A stretch of 64,000 nucleotides of DNA, taken from assembly GCA_963769885.1 (NCBI GenBank), contig CAVYNH010000004.1, positions 192,001 to 256,000 on the forward strand, written 5' to 3'. The translations under genes and the position numbers were made by a program. The stretch comes from Methanobacteriota archaeon (GTDB lineage Archaea > Thermoplasmatota > E2 > DHVEG-1). Shown in pieces: positions 63,249 to 64,000 of this stretch (positions are counted from its first letter, which is position 1; every line of letters begins with the position of its first letter). Under the pieces are notes generated by a model that had not been told where the DNA came from, made no database searches, and worked only from the letters and a program-made list of their open reading frames with translations.

Positions 63249-64000
63249 GACCCTAATCGTCCACGGATCCGCACCGCAAGCTCGGTGACGGGACAGGTGC
63301 TCTGCGAGCCGTCCGTCATGTTCCGCAGCGTCACCACACGGTCCTCGAGCTCCTTGGGCCCGATGATGACCGCGTACCGGGCATGCTGCGCCGAGGCATA
63401 CTTCAACGACTTGCCGATCCCACGGCGCACTAGGTCAAGATCTACGGTGAGTCCCTGGCCCCGCAGCTGCGACGCGACCGACAGCGCGGTCCCCAGCGCA
63501 GCCTCTGAGACTGGCACGATAAAAACATCCAGCGACGGTTCCGGGAACGAGAACCCCTCCGTCTCCAACGCCAGCAGCACCCGGTCGAACCCGATCGCGA
63601 AACCGGCCTGGGGCACCGGGCTGCCCCCAAACAACGCAACCAGCTCGTAGTCCCCGCCGCCACACAACTGCTTCTCCGCACCCAACACGGGCGCCTCAAG
63701 CTCAAACACCAGGCCCTTGTAGTAATCCAACCCGCGGACGATCCCCATCTTCACCCGCGCATCCGGAATCCCGAACGACTCCTTCAACAGACTGAGGATG
63801 CCCTGCAGTCGGCCTAGCTCTGCGACCGCCGCCGGACTCTTCGAGACGTACGCCCGGATCTTCTCCGCCTCCGGCGTCTGAAGCATCTCAAGGAACACCT
63901 CGGCCTCCTGCTGACTGACGTCGTTGGCCCGCAGCGCCGAGAACAAATCCTCAAACTGCGACTTATCGATAAACGGCAACAAGTCCTTCTTCACCGCATC
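63245..64000 (-). CDS. hisS: Histidine--tRNA ligase, 5'-partial
   Basis: VRGLDYY.G.VFE, CGGG.Y, GFAIGFDR, anticodon-binding domain. Confidence 0.95.
   Translation of the reverse strand, partial: DAVKKDLLPFIDKSQFEDLFSALRANDVSQQEAEVFLEMLQTPEAEKIRAYVSKSPAAVAELGRLQGILSLLKESFGIPDARVKMGIVRGLDYYKGLVFELEAPVLGAEKQLCGGGDYELVALFGGSPVPQAGFAIGFDRVLLALETEGFSFPEPSLDVFIVPVSEAALGTALSVASQLRGQGLTVDLDLVRRGIGKSLKYASAQHARYAVIIGPKELEDRVVTLRNMTDGSQSTCPVTELAVRIRGRLGS

Overview
Archaeal chromosomal segment. Domain evidence: rpl44e-rps27e-aIF2alpha-nop10-PAC2 cluster, GINS15, RadB, Dph2, NMD3, NOB1 and a PGF-CTERM protein. Gene content and the style of the secreted proteins suggest an anaerobic Thermoplasmatota lineage (inference only). 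The GC-rich backbone encodes cysN/cysC, a MutY-like glycosylase without the Fe-S motif, bacterial-type pfkA, single-chain PFOR beside an ADP-forming acyl-CoA synthetase/GNAT fusion, an HDAC, a group 3c Mvh hydrogenase operon, class II RNR and nadA-iscS-queC. Three AT-richer accessory segments interrupt it. (1) ~5.6-8.0 kb at the 3' end of tRNA-Leu(CAA): single genes are separated by five co-oriented tRNA-3'-end-like motifs, some resembling other tRNA species, plus inverted T-arm half-sites, with no integrase in the window. This is a candidate tRNA-anchored cassette array. (2) An RHH-PIN toxin-antitoxin pair whose toxin appears internally deleted. (3) A ~20 kb island with a MEDS/PocR/PAS kinase, a REC-PAS-DUF835-wHTH regulator, a candidate CU-loop sRNA, stress/O2-handling genes and a ~2000-aa multicopper oxidase with nine Ig repeats. 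The backbone also shows kb-scale alternating blocks of strong C/A versus G/T strand skew that are not fully explained by gene orientation. All calls come from reading the sequence; no searches were run.
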